64,000 nucleotides of DNA from Antedon mediterranea (taxonomy: Eukaryota; Animalia; Echinodermata), in contig NC_092670.1 of the NCBI RefSeq assembly GCF_964355755.1, positions 28,880,388 through 28,944,387 on the forward strand, read 5' to 3'. This document shows positions 50,548 through 62,783 of the stretch, one piece after another. Position 1 is the first letter of the stretch, and every line of letters starts with the position of its first letter. The notes beneath the pieces were generated by a model that saw only the letters and a program-made list of their open reading frames with translations, had not been told where the DNA came from and searched no databases. Made by a program: the position numbers and the translations under genes.

Positions 50548-52524
50548 TTAACAATTTATTAGCAAAAAATTACAATTCGGGAAAACCGTCAAAGATGTTC
50601 TTAAATACAAACTATTACAACAATGAACAAGATCAAGCGGAAGCAATGAATTCATATTTTATTAACATTGGCAAAAATATAGCAACTGATATAAAAAATA
50701 AAAGAAGTAATAGAATAGATCCACTAACGTTAATGTCTGGCAATTACGCCAATTCTATGTTTATTAGGCCAGTAAATGAACATGACATTAAGAAATATAT
50801 TGATAATCTAGATATAAGTAAGTCACCTGGTAATGATGGAATTGGTGCTCGTTATATTAAACCATTTTCGCAATGCCTAACAATACCGATTAAACATATT
50901 GTTAATATATCATTGACAACTGGTTGCTTTCCAGATGAATTAAAGATTGCCAGAACTGTGCCTATATTTAAGGGTGGCGATGAAAATGACATAACAAATT
51001 ATAGACCTGTTTCAGTCTTGCCTTGTATTTCTAAAATTTATGAAAGGGTTGTGTATGATCAAACGACTCAATACCTTGACAAACTTAACATCATTAATAA
51101 ATCACAGTTTGGTTTTCGAAAAAACCACTCTACGAGTCATGCACTTTCACAAACAATAGAAAAAATTACTTCAGCAATAGATGAACAAATGATAAGTATC
51201 GGCGTCTTCCTAGACCTTTCTAAGGCATTTGATACGATAGATCATGAGATTCTCTTACAAAAACTCAAATTTTATGGTATTCGGGGCATTGTTCTTGAAT
51301 GGTTTAAGAGCTACTTATATATGAGAAAACAATATGTTCACATGGGAAATTGTAAATCAGAATTAAAACTGATTGAATATGGAGTACCACAAGGCTCAAT
51401 TCTTGGGCCGTTACTTTTTATAATTTATACAAATGACATTGTTGAAAGTAGTAAATATTTTGCTGACGATACTAACGTATTTTTTAAGCACAAAGATATA
51501 AACCTTTTAATTAACACTTTAAATACAGAATTAAGTAAATTAAGTGATTGGTTTACTGCAAACAAATTGAGTCTGAATACAAAGAAGACCAAGTTTATCG
51601 AATTTAGAAGCATGTATAAGAAAAAAGATACCAATAACTATACTTTATTTATTAATGATGTTGAAATTGAAAGAGTTAGTAAAATTAAGTTCTTAGGTGT
51701 CATTCTTGATGAGTTTGTAACATTCCATGATCACATAGATATCATTACTATGAAAATTGCAAGGGTCATTGGTGTAATGAACAAACTTAAATATATTGTT
51801 CAATCAGATGTTAATAATGTACAACTCGTTAATTTTACCTCACCTAATATATGCAATAACTATTTGGGGAGTTGCGGGGGCAACAAAGCTACAGAGAATA
51901 CATATACTTCAAAAACGAGCGATCAGAATTATATGTAAAGTGCATTATCAGCATCCATCAGCAAATTTATTCTATAACAAAAACCTATTGAATATTTTTG
52001 ACTTGTATGAGAAGTACACTGCTGTATTTATGTTTCAATTCCGTATGGGCAATTTACCAGTTTCATTTAACTCTTTTTTTACAAAAATGGAATCTGTACA
52101 TGAGTATGGTACGCGGAAGAAGAGTGATTTCCGTATTCCTCTAAAAAGAACAAATATAGGACAAAGAAGTATTGCCTATAGAGGGGCAAATATTTGGAAC
52201 CGTTTACCTGAAAACATAAAGTGTGAAACTAAAATCGGAAAATTTAAAAAGGAAATACAACAACTATTAATAAATAAATACTCACTCATGTAGAGTTCAC
52301 TTTTGTTACTTTTACTTTTTATTTCTATTTGTACTTTTATTGTTTTATTTGCTAATTAGATATCTGTATTATAGGGTAATGCGTTTAAGAGCTTCGGCTC
52401 ATTGCATACCCGTTTTGTATCAAATAAGTTTATAGAAATATTCTTGTGAAAGAAATACTGTATTATTTTGTTGTTGATACAAATAAATGGTACGTATATA
52501 GTACCGCGAATGATGATAAAAAAA
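50548..52524 (+). mobile_element. 5'-truncated CR1-group LINE (RT), frameshifted
   Basis: NYRPVS, QFGFR, KAFDT, GVPQGSILGP, FADD, KFLG. Frameshift near 51800, 3' stem-loop and A tail. Confidence 0.9.
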
Positions 52525-52885
52525 ATATTTATGCTCATATTATAATAGTAATAGTAATACTGGACAACAATTATGCATTATTATAGAAGACTGTATTAAT
52601 TGCAGTTGTTGCTGATGGATCAATGTTAATATTATTATTCTGTCAATTGTTTAAATAGGTCATGTTAAACCAGTTTAAATTAAGAACCAAGAACATTATA
52701 ATTAATAGTTAACTATACTATTATGTCATTTTTTATTGTTTCACAGTTAATCAACTCTATCACGGTATTGGTAAATAAAGACTTAAAGGAAGCATATAAC
52801 CGTGTGATATTTCGATTCTCGACTCATATATTTCTCTGGACTCTCGACAGTAATATCATTAACGAATTCTCTTTTAACTAAGAAG

Positions 52886-55260
52886 ATGAGTGAAACGACT
52901 CCAGCAACTAAACCTAAAGATACTAATCCTGATGCTAAGGCACAAAGGGAAAGAACCATGACAGAAAATGGACTGACCCATGCCATTGAAGTAAAAAGAA
53001 AGAAACGTGGCAGTATAATTCAAGAACTAAAAAAGGTGCAAGTGTCAATTCAAGAAGCACAATCCAAAAGTGAAATACAAGACAAGTATAAGGTATGGAT
53101 TGGATTGGATTGTATGAAAGCTTTTTAGATGAACATGATGAGTTGACCAAATTACTAGACGAAGAAGAAAAGCATCAAGATTATTGGAAAAATTTCGAGC
53201 CTACGGAGAGGGCTCTGAAGGAATTTAAAGAACAGACAGAAGACTCACTAAACGAAGATCCAGTACAAAGAGTGAGCATAGATCCTAATGATAGCGTATC
53301 TCAAGCTGTTTCTCGTAAATCAAGCAGAAGGTCAAGCGGTGGTCAATCTGCCTTGTCCGCTGCTAAATTGAATGAAATTAAAAAACAAGCTGACTTAAAT
53401 GCAGAGATGGCGGCAATAGAAGAACGTGAGGCGATTGAGCGAGCTAAGTTGGACCTGAAAAATAGAGAAGCCAGACTTGAGCTAAGAACAAAACTGGAGG
53501 CTTCAGAAGCCAAACAAAGGGCGATTGAAGAAGTCCTTTCATCTCAAAGCCAAGTCTCCATTGCACAACCATACCAACCTGGTGTGAACGTAGATGCCAA
53601 CTTATTTGTGCCTATTCTCAGTCAATTACCAGCCACCACCACACCTGAGAGGTTGTTAGCTACCACCACACCTAAAAGATTGCTAACCACCAACACACAG
53701 GAAATTAACGACAGGTCAGATGGTCAAGCAAATATTGAAGCGTTGACTTCAGTGATAAAAGAACTTAGAAAACCGGTCTGCGAGATAAAAAAGTTTGATG
53801 GAAACCCGATAGAATATAAGAAATTTATGAGGCAATTCAACAACAGGGTTGTGAAGTTTACGGAGACTGACGATGAGAAGATATACTATCTTGAACAATT
53901 CACGATGGGAGAAGCGCTACACATAGTTGAAGGTTACAGCTATCTGGATGCCAAAATAGGATATTCGGCAGTACTTAAAGAGTTTGAAGAAAGGTATGGA
54001 GACCCACAGGTGATTGCAGAAGCCTTTATAAAGAAGGTAATAACTTGGCCAGCAATAAGTAACTCAAAGTCCTTAGACGCCTTTTCTATATTTCTAAATG
54101 AATGCTCAAGTGCCGTCGAATGTATCCAAGCTATGCAAGTCTTGGAATATTCAGAGAACATAAGATCAATAATTAAAAAGCTACCTTACTCATTGCATGA
54201 AAAATGGAGAAGCACAGTGCAGAATCTAAAGGACCGAAATGTGATTGTTTCTTTCAAAGAGTTAGTGAAGTTTGTTAAAAGGGAAGCTAAGAAGGCAAAT
54301 GACCCAACATATGGTAGGGACGCTTTAGCCTCGAACGGACCTAGTAGCCGACCAAAGGCTGCTACACAAAATCTTCCAAAAGGAACGAAGGAAGCTTTGC
54401 AACCAGCGTACAATCACAGGATGAAAGATCCGATTCAAGGTCACAACATGGTACATCAAAGCCGGCAGACACTAGGTCATGCTACATTTGCAAAAAGGGA
54501 GATCATAAAATTGAAAAATGTGATGTGTTCCTTGCAAAGACTGTGCCGGAAAGAGTTAGTCTGCTACAAGAGAATAGAAGATGTTTTGGATGCTTGAAAT
54601 ACGTACATCGATCAAAGGAATGCCGTAATCGAGCAATATGCTCAACATGCAGCAAGCGACACCCAACGCTTCTTCACCGAACTAATGAGCAAAGTCAGGC
54701 AGTAGCAGCAGAAAATAAAACACAAGTAACTCAAACTGAACAACCTCAAAATAATAGCACAGGACCCTCTTGTCGTACAGGGGCCGGAGACACACTGTGC
54801 ACTACGGCCATCGTGCCCGTAATGGCTAGGTCTCGGAAGAATGGATTGGCTATTGAGACTTACGCATTTCTAGACCCTGGTAGTAGTGTTTCATTTTGTT
54901 CTGAAAGGTTAAAGGAACAATTGGGTCTTGGAGGCCGAAAGGCAAGAATCACGCTTGATACCATGGGCTCGCAATGTTTGCTAGACACCAGCATTGTCAA
55001 TGGACTTGAGATATGTGATCTTAAAGGAGAAAACTCAATAACGTTACCTAATGTATACACCAAAGATGGCATGCCTGTTACAAAGGCTCACATACCAAGA
55101 ATGGAAGACATAGCTCAATGGTCGCATATGAAAGAAATAGAGCTTCCATCCATAGATGCCGATATAGGGCTCCTAATCGGTAATGCAGTAGCAGAAGCCT
55201 ACACGCCTCTACAAATCATCACTGGGCCTCCTGGAAGCCCCTATGCTTCGAAAACAGCTT
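52886..55260 (+). pseudogene. BEL gag-protease, frameshifted
   Basis: ORFs 52886, 53095 and 54525. CFGCLKYVHRSKEC..CSTCSKRHPTLLH, YAFLDPGS. Confidence 0.9.
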
Positions 55261-55500
55261 CAATCAATCAATCAATCAATCAATAATTTTTATTTCTCAA
55301 ATAAAAACAAAATACAGTTAACATTTTCTAAAAATAATAGATAATAAATGAGAAAATGGGGTACCCCACTGGAAGCTTAAGCTTTAAAATGTGGGGTCCT
55401 GGCAACATAATTAAAAATAAGGTAAGGTAAGAAATATATATAATATATGATAATGAACATAAAAAGACATTTAACTTAACAAATGCAGTTATTATTTGAC

Positions 55501-58473
55501 TTAAGACAGATATATGATCAACTTAAACAATAATAGTAGAAACAAGGTATTCATGTAGTTTGAACTTAAATGAAGATAAAAATTAATAATTTTAATTTCG
55601 TCTGGTAAAGAATTCCAAATTTTTGGTCCTTGAAAAGTTATATCATGCTTGCCAACCTCCGTATTAAAACAATCATAAGCATAATCAAATTTATTTCTGG
55701 TATTATAATTATGAACTGAACTAAAAGTTTGAAAATAAGTATCAAAAATTCTGGGCAGTTGATTATGTTTGAATTTAAACATAAATAAAGCAACATTTTT
55801 TGTAAGTAAGTCGTAAATATTAAGTGTATTAGATAAGACAAAAAGAGGAGCAGAATGGTGGAGGTAATGAACATTATAAACTGATCTTAAAGCTCTTTTT
55901 TGCAAAATATAAATACGGTTTAAATTAATTTTTGAAGTAAAACCCCAAACGGTTATACCATAAATTAAATGTGGCAAAAAGAGTGATTTATAAATTAATA
56001 GTAAAACGGAGGAAGGCAAGGCATGTTTGAGTTTATTGAGGACACCAACCACTCTTGATAGTTTTAATGAAATTGTATTAATATGAGAAATAAAAGATAA
56101 GTATTCGTCAATAAAAATGCCAAGAAATGTTGTTGCTTTAGTTCTTTCAATTTCGCTGATGCCGTAATATAATTTAGGAATGTTGGGGGGGATTAGTTTA
56201 TTAACTGAACGAAAAATAATAAATTTGGTTTTTTTAATATTTAACGAAAGCTTATTTGATTTTAACCAGTTTGCAATTTTAGTAAGTTCTTGATTCATTA
56301 AAATAATAGCTTCGTAGATGTCCTTATGATTAATAAATAAACTTGTATCATCTGCAAACATAACAATTTCAGCACAATCACTAATATAATTTAAATCATT
56401 AATAAATAACAGAAATAAAAGCGGACCAAGGATGGATCCCTGTGGAACACCACACGAAACTGGCCGCAGCTCAGAGACAATATCATTGATTGATATATAT
56501 TGATGTCTGTTACTTAAATAATTTTCGAACCACTTAAGTGGTATACCTCTTATACCATAGAAACGTAACTTATTAATTAAAATATCATGAGAAATACAAT
56601 CAAAAGCCTTTGACAGGTCAATAAAAACTCCTAAAGTAAATTGTTTATTATCAATAGCAGACAAAATATTATGGATTGAATGATGGATGGCATCATGTAT
56701 TGTAGAATGTTGGGAACGAAAACCAAACTGAGAGTTGCTGAGGATGTTAAACTTTGTAAGAAATGAAATAGTTTGATCATAAACTATTCTTTCAAGTAGT
56801 TTAGAAATAGTTGGCAAGATGGAGATGGGCCTATAGTTATTGATATTTGAGACCTCACCACCTTTATGGATGGGTACAACTTTAGCAATTTTCATTGCAT
56901 TTGGAACCACACCCTTTACTAAAGACATGTTCATTATGAATGTTAGTGGTATAGCTAATGCCAATGGACATATCTTTAGTATATATGGACCAATGTTATC
57001 AAAACCAGGAGCTGTTGATTTTAAATTATTTATGTATGTTACTAATTCTTGTTCACATACAGGTTTGAAAAATAATGATGAAGGAAAATTGCCCTGAAGG
57101 AAATCATTGTAAGGTTGAACATTGCCATTGAATGGAGTATTCGAAAAAGAATTTGCAATATTTGAGAAAAATGAATTAAAAGCTTCGGCTTTTTCTTTGT
57201 CATTTGTATATTCACATTGACCATTTATTAGTTTAGCTGGGAATGAATTTTTCCTTTTTCTACCCATTACATTATTAATTTCGCGCCATGTAATTTTCAT
57301 ATCACCTTCACATTTACCAAATACATTGTTATAGTGCTCTTGTTTACTATATCTAATAATACTATTTAGTTTGTTTCTATAACAACAATATTTTTTCCAA
57401 TGTGAAGGTGATGACGAAGCTTTATATCTAGCATACAGCTTTTGCCTGGTTTTGATTGACTTGGCTATACCTTCAGTTATCCAAGGTGATTTGAGCTTGT
57501 TTGCTCGAGTACGAATATTTTGCAGTGGAAAATGTCTGTTTATACAATCGTTAAGTATGTTATTAAAACTAGAAAAAGCTATGTTTACATCACTTTGTTC
57601 AAGTACATCATTCCAGCTTATGCTATTTACATTTTCAATGAATTCTTGTTTAGATCTATCGTTGTAAATACGTTTCTTAATGAATTTAGGTGGTTTTTTT
57701 TTAATATGGAAGGATGAGTTAATACAAAATGTGGGAAAATGATCAGATAAATCGACAGTAAATATTCCGGATGTGAAAGAGGGATACAAGGATTCAATAT
57801 TACAGTAGATATTATCAATAACAGTAGAGCTATGCAAGGTAATTCGGGTTGGATTAGTAATAACAGGCTGAAATGAATGACTGAAAATATTATCAATGTG
57901 ATCCTGGACATATTGATCTGTACTAAGAAGGTTGATGTTAAAATCACCAGCTAAGTATGCTATTTTTTTATCTTCATTAATAATTTTCATGACTGATGAT
58001 AGGTCCATATTTAAGGTGTTAGCGTTGGTGTCAGGTGGACGGTATATAATTCCAGCAATAATATTTTTACCAGAGTTATTCTCAATTTCAATAAAAATTG
58101 ATTCAGCTGACGTAATTAGGCTTGAGAGATCATATCTCCTTTTAAAGGCAACATGAGTTGAAACGTATAGTGCAACGCCACCACCTTTTTTATGTTCCCT
58201 GTTATTTAAAATAAGGTTGTAATTTGGAATGCTTAGAAGATTGGTGTCGGTAGAATCCTTAATCCAAGTTTCAGTAAGGGCAAGCAGAGTAAAACTATGA
58301 TTTAAGGACTGAATAAAGTTACAAAATTTATCAAACTTGTTATTTAAACTTCTACAATTTAGATTTAATATTGAAAAGTTAGATGACGTTTCTGAACTAT
58401 ATATAGTATTAAACAAATCTATATCATAATAACTTGAGCAATGATTGCAATCACCATTGACATTATTTTGCAT
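55501..58473 (-). CDS. LINE ORF2: APE endonuclease + reverse transcriptase (990 aa)
   Basis: LNCRSL, LTETW, GGGV, YRPP, GDFN, IDN, SDH; NYRPIS, KAFD, PQGSILGP, FADD, FLG. Uninterrupted ORF. Confidence 0.92.
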   Translation of the reverse strand: MQNNVNGDCNHCSSYYDIDLFNTIYSSETSSNFSILNLNCRSLNNKFDKFCNFIQSLNHSFTLLALTETWIKDSTDTNLLSIPNYNLILNNREHKKGGGVALYVSTHVAFKRRYDLSSLITSAESIFIEIENNSGKNIIAGIIYRPPDTNANTLNMDLSSVMKIINEDKKIAYLAGDFNINLLSTDQYVQDHIDNIFSHSFQPVITNPTRITLHSSTVIDNIYCNIESLYPSFTSGIFTVDLSDHFPTFCINSSFHIKKKPPKFIKKRIYNDRSKQEFIENVNSISWNDVLEQSDVNIAFSSFNNILNDCINRHFPLQNIRTRANKLKSPWITEGIAKSIKTRQKLYARYKASSSPSHWKKYCCYRNKLNSIIRYSKQEHYNNVFGKCEGDMKITWREINNVMGRKRKNSFPAKLINGQCEYTNDKEKAEAFNSFFSNIANSFSNTPFNGNVQPYNDFLQGNFPSSLFFKPVCEQELVTYINNLKSTAPGFDNIGPYILKICPLALAIPLTFIMNMSLVKGVVPNAMKIAKVVPIHKGGEVSNINNYRPISILPTISKLLERIVYDQTISFLTKFNILSNSQFGFRSQHSTIHDAIHHSIHNILSAIDNKQFTLGVFIDLSKAFDCISHDILINKLRFYGIRGIPLKWFENYLSNRHQYISINDIVSELRPVSCGVPQGSILGPLLFLLFINDLNYISDCAEIVMFADDTSLFINHKDIYEAIILMNQELTKIANWLKSNKLSLNIKKTKFIIFRSVNKLIPPNIPKLYYGISEIERTKATTFLGIFIDEYLSFISHINTISLKLSRVVGVLNKLKHALPSSVLLLIYKSLFLPHLIYGITVWGFTSKINLNRIYILQKRALRSVYNVHYLHHSAPLFVLSNTLNIYDLLTKNVALFMFKFKHNQLPRIFDTYFQTFSSVHNYNTRNKFDYAYDCFNTEVGKHDITFQGPKIWNSLPDEIKIINFYLHLSSNYMNTLFLLLLFKLIIYLS

Positions 58474-58667
58474 TGGAGTAAGTTAAAGACAAAAATAAAA
58501 TTGAAAAAGAACAAAGAACAAATACCGTACAACTATAAGTATCAAAGCAAATCGACTTATACTAAGTAATACGCACACGTATATTTGCCTAATTGGTAAA
58601 TATGTGTGACAGCCGTCGCTCCATCAATAACAGCTAATGTACAGTACCGGTAAAGCCTTGCATCAAA

Positions 58668-59198
58668 CTACTTGTATAATTTTCCGTTTATGAACAGACT
58701 ACCTTTGCGAAAGACCGGTTTATTTCCTTCCTTCCATGCCTTATGCATTACGTCACGGAGAGCTCTCTTCTTGGCTATATCAACAGCTGGTAAATCTTCC
58801 AGAACAAACACATTCCCACCTTCCTTTGTTGTTGATTTTGCCTTTTTAAAAACAAGATGGCGCTCAGGTCGGTAAACAAACTTGGCGATGATGTGTCTGG
58901 GCTTATCATTCACAGACTTAGGGTGTTTCCCTGTGCGATGTGCTAGTTCGATATTAATATCAGGTAGGTCCAGCTTATTTGTTATGTACTCTTTTAAGAT
59001 GTCATGCACATTTTCACCTTTACTTTCAGGAAAGCCTCCAAAACGCAGGTTAAAACTTCGGGAATAGCGTTCTAAGTTAATAATCTCCGTTTCTAGTCTC
59101 TCAATAGTCGGTTTCATGTTAGTAGATATTTCAGTAGTCAAATGTAATACTTTGGTGGTAAGATCCATGTTTTTCTCTTCCAGTTCACTGATCAGTTT
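58668..59198 (-). CDS. LINE ORF1 (5'-truncated; coiled coil + L1-type RRM)
   Basis: LERYSRSFNLRFGGFPE, IELAHR, PRHIIAKF, FVLEDL, LFING. Confidence 0.85.
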   Translation of the reverse strand, partial: KLISELEEKNMDLTTKVLHLTTEISTNMKPTIERLETEIINLERYSRSFNLRFGGFPESKGENVHDILKEYITNKLDLPDINIELAHRTGKHPKSVNDKPRHIIAKFVYRPERHLVFKKAKSTTKEGGNVFVLEDLPAVDIAKKRALRDVMHKAWKEGNKPVFRKGSLFINGKLYK

Positions 59199-61554
59199 AG
59201 CTTTGGGTTGGATTCCGTGAAATGTTGTGAGAAAGAACCATGGTGAAGAATACAAGAATGAAAGTTGTCCCGCCAACCGTCTAGAAATAACGGCAATTGA
59301 AGAACGGGAAGAAATTAATAAGCTTAACCGCACTGTGGAGAAAGCCATTAGCATTGACTTTCCAGAAAGGGATAAGGAAGAGCAACAAGAACACTCACAA
59401 GATGACCATAAATTTTTGAAAATAGCAAACGAGACAATGGGATTTAGGAATGGCCACTATGAGACAGCTCTTCCCTTCAAGGACAGAAAACAGATAATGC
59501 CGAATAATCGTGCAATGGCGGACCAAAGACTGCTGTCGTTAAAAAGGAAAATGGAGAGAAACCAAAAGTTTAAAGAGGACTACATTGCGTTTATGGAAAA
59601 GCAGATAAGACAGGGACATGCCGAAAAGGTCGTGAAAGATAACATCAATTATGGGAGAACTTGGTATATTCCTCATCATGGAGTGTACAACCCAAATAAG
59701 CCAAATAAGATACGCGTCGTCTTCGACTGTGCGGCAAAGTACCAAGGAATTGCATTGAACGATGTGCTACTACAAGGCCCGGATCTTACAAATAGTTTAA
59801 TTGGAGTTCTAGTAAGGTTCCGTCAAAATGAAATAGCTCTTATGTCCGATGTAGAAGGTATGTTTCTACAGGTTAAAGTTCCTGAATATGATCGGGATTT
59901 TATGAGATTCCTCTGGTGGGAAGACGGTAATATGGAGAATGAACCCAGCATATATAGAATGACTTGCCATCTATTTGGAGCGACTTCTTCGCCGTCATGT
60001 GCGAATCTTGCTCTGCAGAGAACAGCTACAGATGTAGGTGAAAGATATCCTCAAGAGGTGGTGACAGCCATAAAAAGAAACTTTTATGTAGATGATTGCT
60101 TGGTATCAGTTGAGACTGAAGCAAAGGGAATGGAACTAGCCAAAGGTCTAAGAGAATTATGCGCAGAAAGAGGATTTAGGCTGACCAAATGGATCAGCAA
60201 TAGTAGAGCTGTATTGGAGTCAATCCCAATCAATGAACAAGCACCTGAATTTAAGACACTGGATTTAGATAATGCAGAGTTACCAAGCGAAAGAGCACTG
60301 GGTGTATGTTGGTCAGCAGAAACCGATAAGTTGGGCTTTGACATAAAGTTACCTGATAAACCACCTACCCGCCGCGGACTGCTTTCTGTGATAAGTTCGG
60401 TTTTCGATCCGCTAGGATTAGTCTCACCTTTCGTCCTTCCTGCTAAACTGATTCTACAAGAATTATGTCGTAAGGGTTCCGGATGGGACGATAAAATTTA
60501 TGAAGTGGACTTCAGGCGATGGCAACAATGGCTTGATGAGCTAAAACGGCTACAAGAATGGAACATGCCTAGATGTTACATAAGTAAAGGTCTTGGAGAA
60601 ATAGCTTCACGTCAGCTTCATGTATTCTCTGACGCAAGTGAGAAAGGATACGGAATGGCAGCATATATGAGATATGAGGACAAACAAGGTAAAGCTAGAT
60701 GTTCGCTGGTGTTAGCCAGAAGCCGAGTTACTCCTTTAAAACATGTTACTGTACCAAGACTAGAGCTCACTGCTGCAACCATGGCTGTTCGTGTAATAAC
60801 TAAGATGTTGCTAGATAAATTAGATGGAGTAGATGAGACCGTTTATTGGACAGATAGTCAAACTGTTCTGCGCTACCTAAACAATACCACCGCACGATTT
60901 AAGACATTCGTAGCAAATAGAGTGACTGCAATACTTGACGCCTCGAGCCCTACACAATGGAAATATGTACGCAGTGCTAATAATCCGGCTGATGAAGCAT
61001 CACGTGGAATGAAAGTCGATGAGTTTCTAAAAAATGATAGATGGACTCATGGTCCTGAGTTTCTACAGAAATCTTCCGTAGAATGGGAGAAGTGGCAAGA
61101 ATCACCAGCCTTAAATGTGATATCACTTGACGATCCAGAGGTAAAAAGACAGGCTCATGCTGCGGTTTTAAATGAAACGCAATCTGCAATGTGCCGATTA
61201 GTTGAAAGATACTAAAGTTTCCGAAAGCTGAAACGTGCTGTAGCATGGCTGTTGGCTATAAAAGGGAGACTACGGCAAAGGGTATCATTCAGGAAATCTG
61301 TAGAGAAGAAATATGAAAACGAACCCGACTCTAAAGAAAAAACCAAGAAGGTTATTGCAGAAATAGAGAAGTGGAATGGACCACTTAATCACAGTCTAAA
61401 CTTGCTACAACTTCAGGTTGCAGAGAAAGAAATAATCAATCATGAGCAGCAAAAATACTTCAAAGAGGAGATCCTTGCACTTAAAACAGGAAATAATGGT
61501 TTGATTGCCCGCGCAATGAGAGGAAGTACGAAGACATGCAAAGAACTTTGTTAG
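59199..61554 (+). pseudogene. BEL RT-RNase H
   Basis: WYIPHH, RVVFD, LLQGPDL, FGATSSP, FYVDD, FSDAS, PRLEL, WTDS, NPAD. Confidence 0.92.
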
Positions 61555-61746
61555 ATCATGTGTTGTTAAGACTAAATCATCAGTAATCGAAAGACCTATA
61601 GCTAAATTATGTTTGCTCTTAGAATCTGAGAAAATTGATTAGTATTGTAATATGTTAGTTGAAATGACCGATTCAGTTCTTTAGTAGATTTTGTAGTAGT
61701 TTAGTAATAGTTTAAATTACGGTAGTAAACTATTAAGGGGCCGGAA

Positions 61747-62521
61747 TGTAGAAGCCATTGCTTCTAGTTTAATTAATATTGGGCAAAATATTTGGTTTTC
61801 TGTGGCAACCTATTGCAATATGAGGAGGTTGCATGGTAAAATGCCTTTTTTGTGTGAAAAGGAAAGAAGACAGGATTTAAGAAGAGATTATAAGAGATAA
61901 ATAGAGAGAGATTTTAGAAAGTTTTGTATAAATTACTGAACCATAAGCCAGGGAAAGTTTACAGAATTCGGTAAGCTCAATTCTCTTATCGAATATAGTC
62001 ATTTTGTTGTGTTATTTGAGATGTTATTTATGGCTGGTACTTTCGGTAGGCTAGGCCTAGATAACTTTGTTTTAACTTTCAGGGACCATCTCATAAGTGA
62101 GATACCTGTTGCTTCTATGAAAGCATTGCAGTTTATATGCTTGTTTTTTGGTTAAATTGTTGTTTGAATAGCTAATATTTATGCTCATATTATAATAGTA
62201 ATAGTAATAGTAATACTGGACAACAATTACGCATTATTATTATAGAAGACTGTCTGTATTAATTGCAGTTGTTGCTGATGGATCAATGTTAATATTATCA
62301 TTCTGTCAATTGTTTAAATAGGTCATGTTAAACCAGTTTAAATTAAGAACCAAGAACATTATAATTAATAGTTAACCATACTTATATGTCATTTTTTATT
62401 GTTTCACAGTTAATCAACTCTATCACGGTATTGGTAAATAAAGACTTAAAGGAAGCATATAACCGTGTGATATTTCGATTCTCGACTCATATATTTCTCT
62501 GGACCCTCGATAGTAATACCA
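61747..62521 (+). repeat. BEL 3' LTR
   Basis: Starts TGTAG after AAGGGGCCGGAA. The 3' ~345 bp are a direct repeat of 52524-52858. Confidence 0.85.
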
Positions 62522-62783
62522 ATGAATTACTACTTAGTTTAATGTCTTGCCTAGCTGTCGATTAGCCTCGACTCGACACATTTTGTGTGAAGAAGAGTGC
62601 GCAAAGGCAATCACGTGAATTGACTTAGAATCCTAGGCCTACTGTAGAAAGTATCGTATCGCAGTTGTGTAATCACTTCTTGTTGCTGCACACGGAACAA
62701 CAAATTTAACTGATGAATTATTCATGTTTATTTTGTGACGTTTCATGAGGGGTCCCCAACTTATGTACGAAAAAAAAAATCGC
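62519..62783. mobile_element. Right arm of MULE-like MITE (copy of 34271-34548)
   Basis: Near-identical direct match, starting at the LTR end. Confidence 0.8.

Larger units (their letters stand above)
55261..59198 (-). mobile_element. Young CR1-group LINE inserted antisense in BEL
   Basis: (ATTG)n tail, TSD AGCTT. Removal restores BEL SKTALGWIP. Confidence 0.92.
52524..62521 (+). mobile_element. BEL/Pao LTR retrotransposon, defective
   Basis: Partial 5' LTR 52524-52858 matches 3' LTR 61747-62521 (TGT...CA, preceded by a purine-rich tract). Gag (FDGNP, triple Cys/His knuckle), protease LDPGS, RT YVDD, RNase H FSDAS. Integrase missing. Confidence 0.92.

Noticed and set aside
59199-59354. 5' part of ORF 58668..59354
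   Set aside because: Antisense BEL sequence beyond the LINE truncation point.
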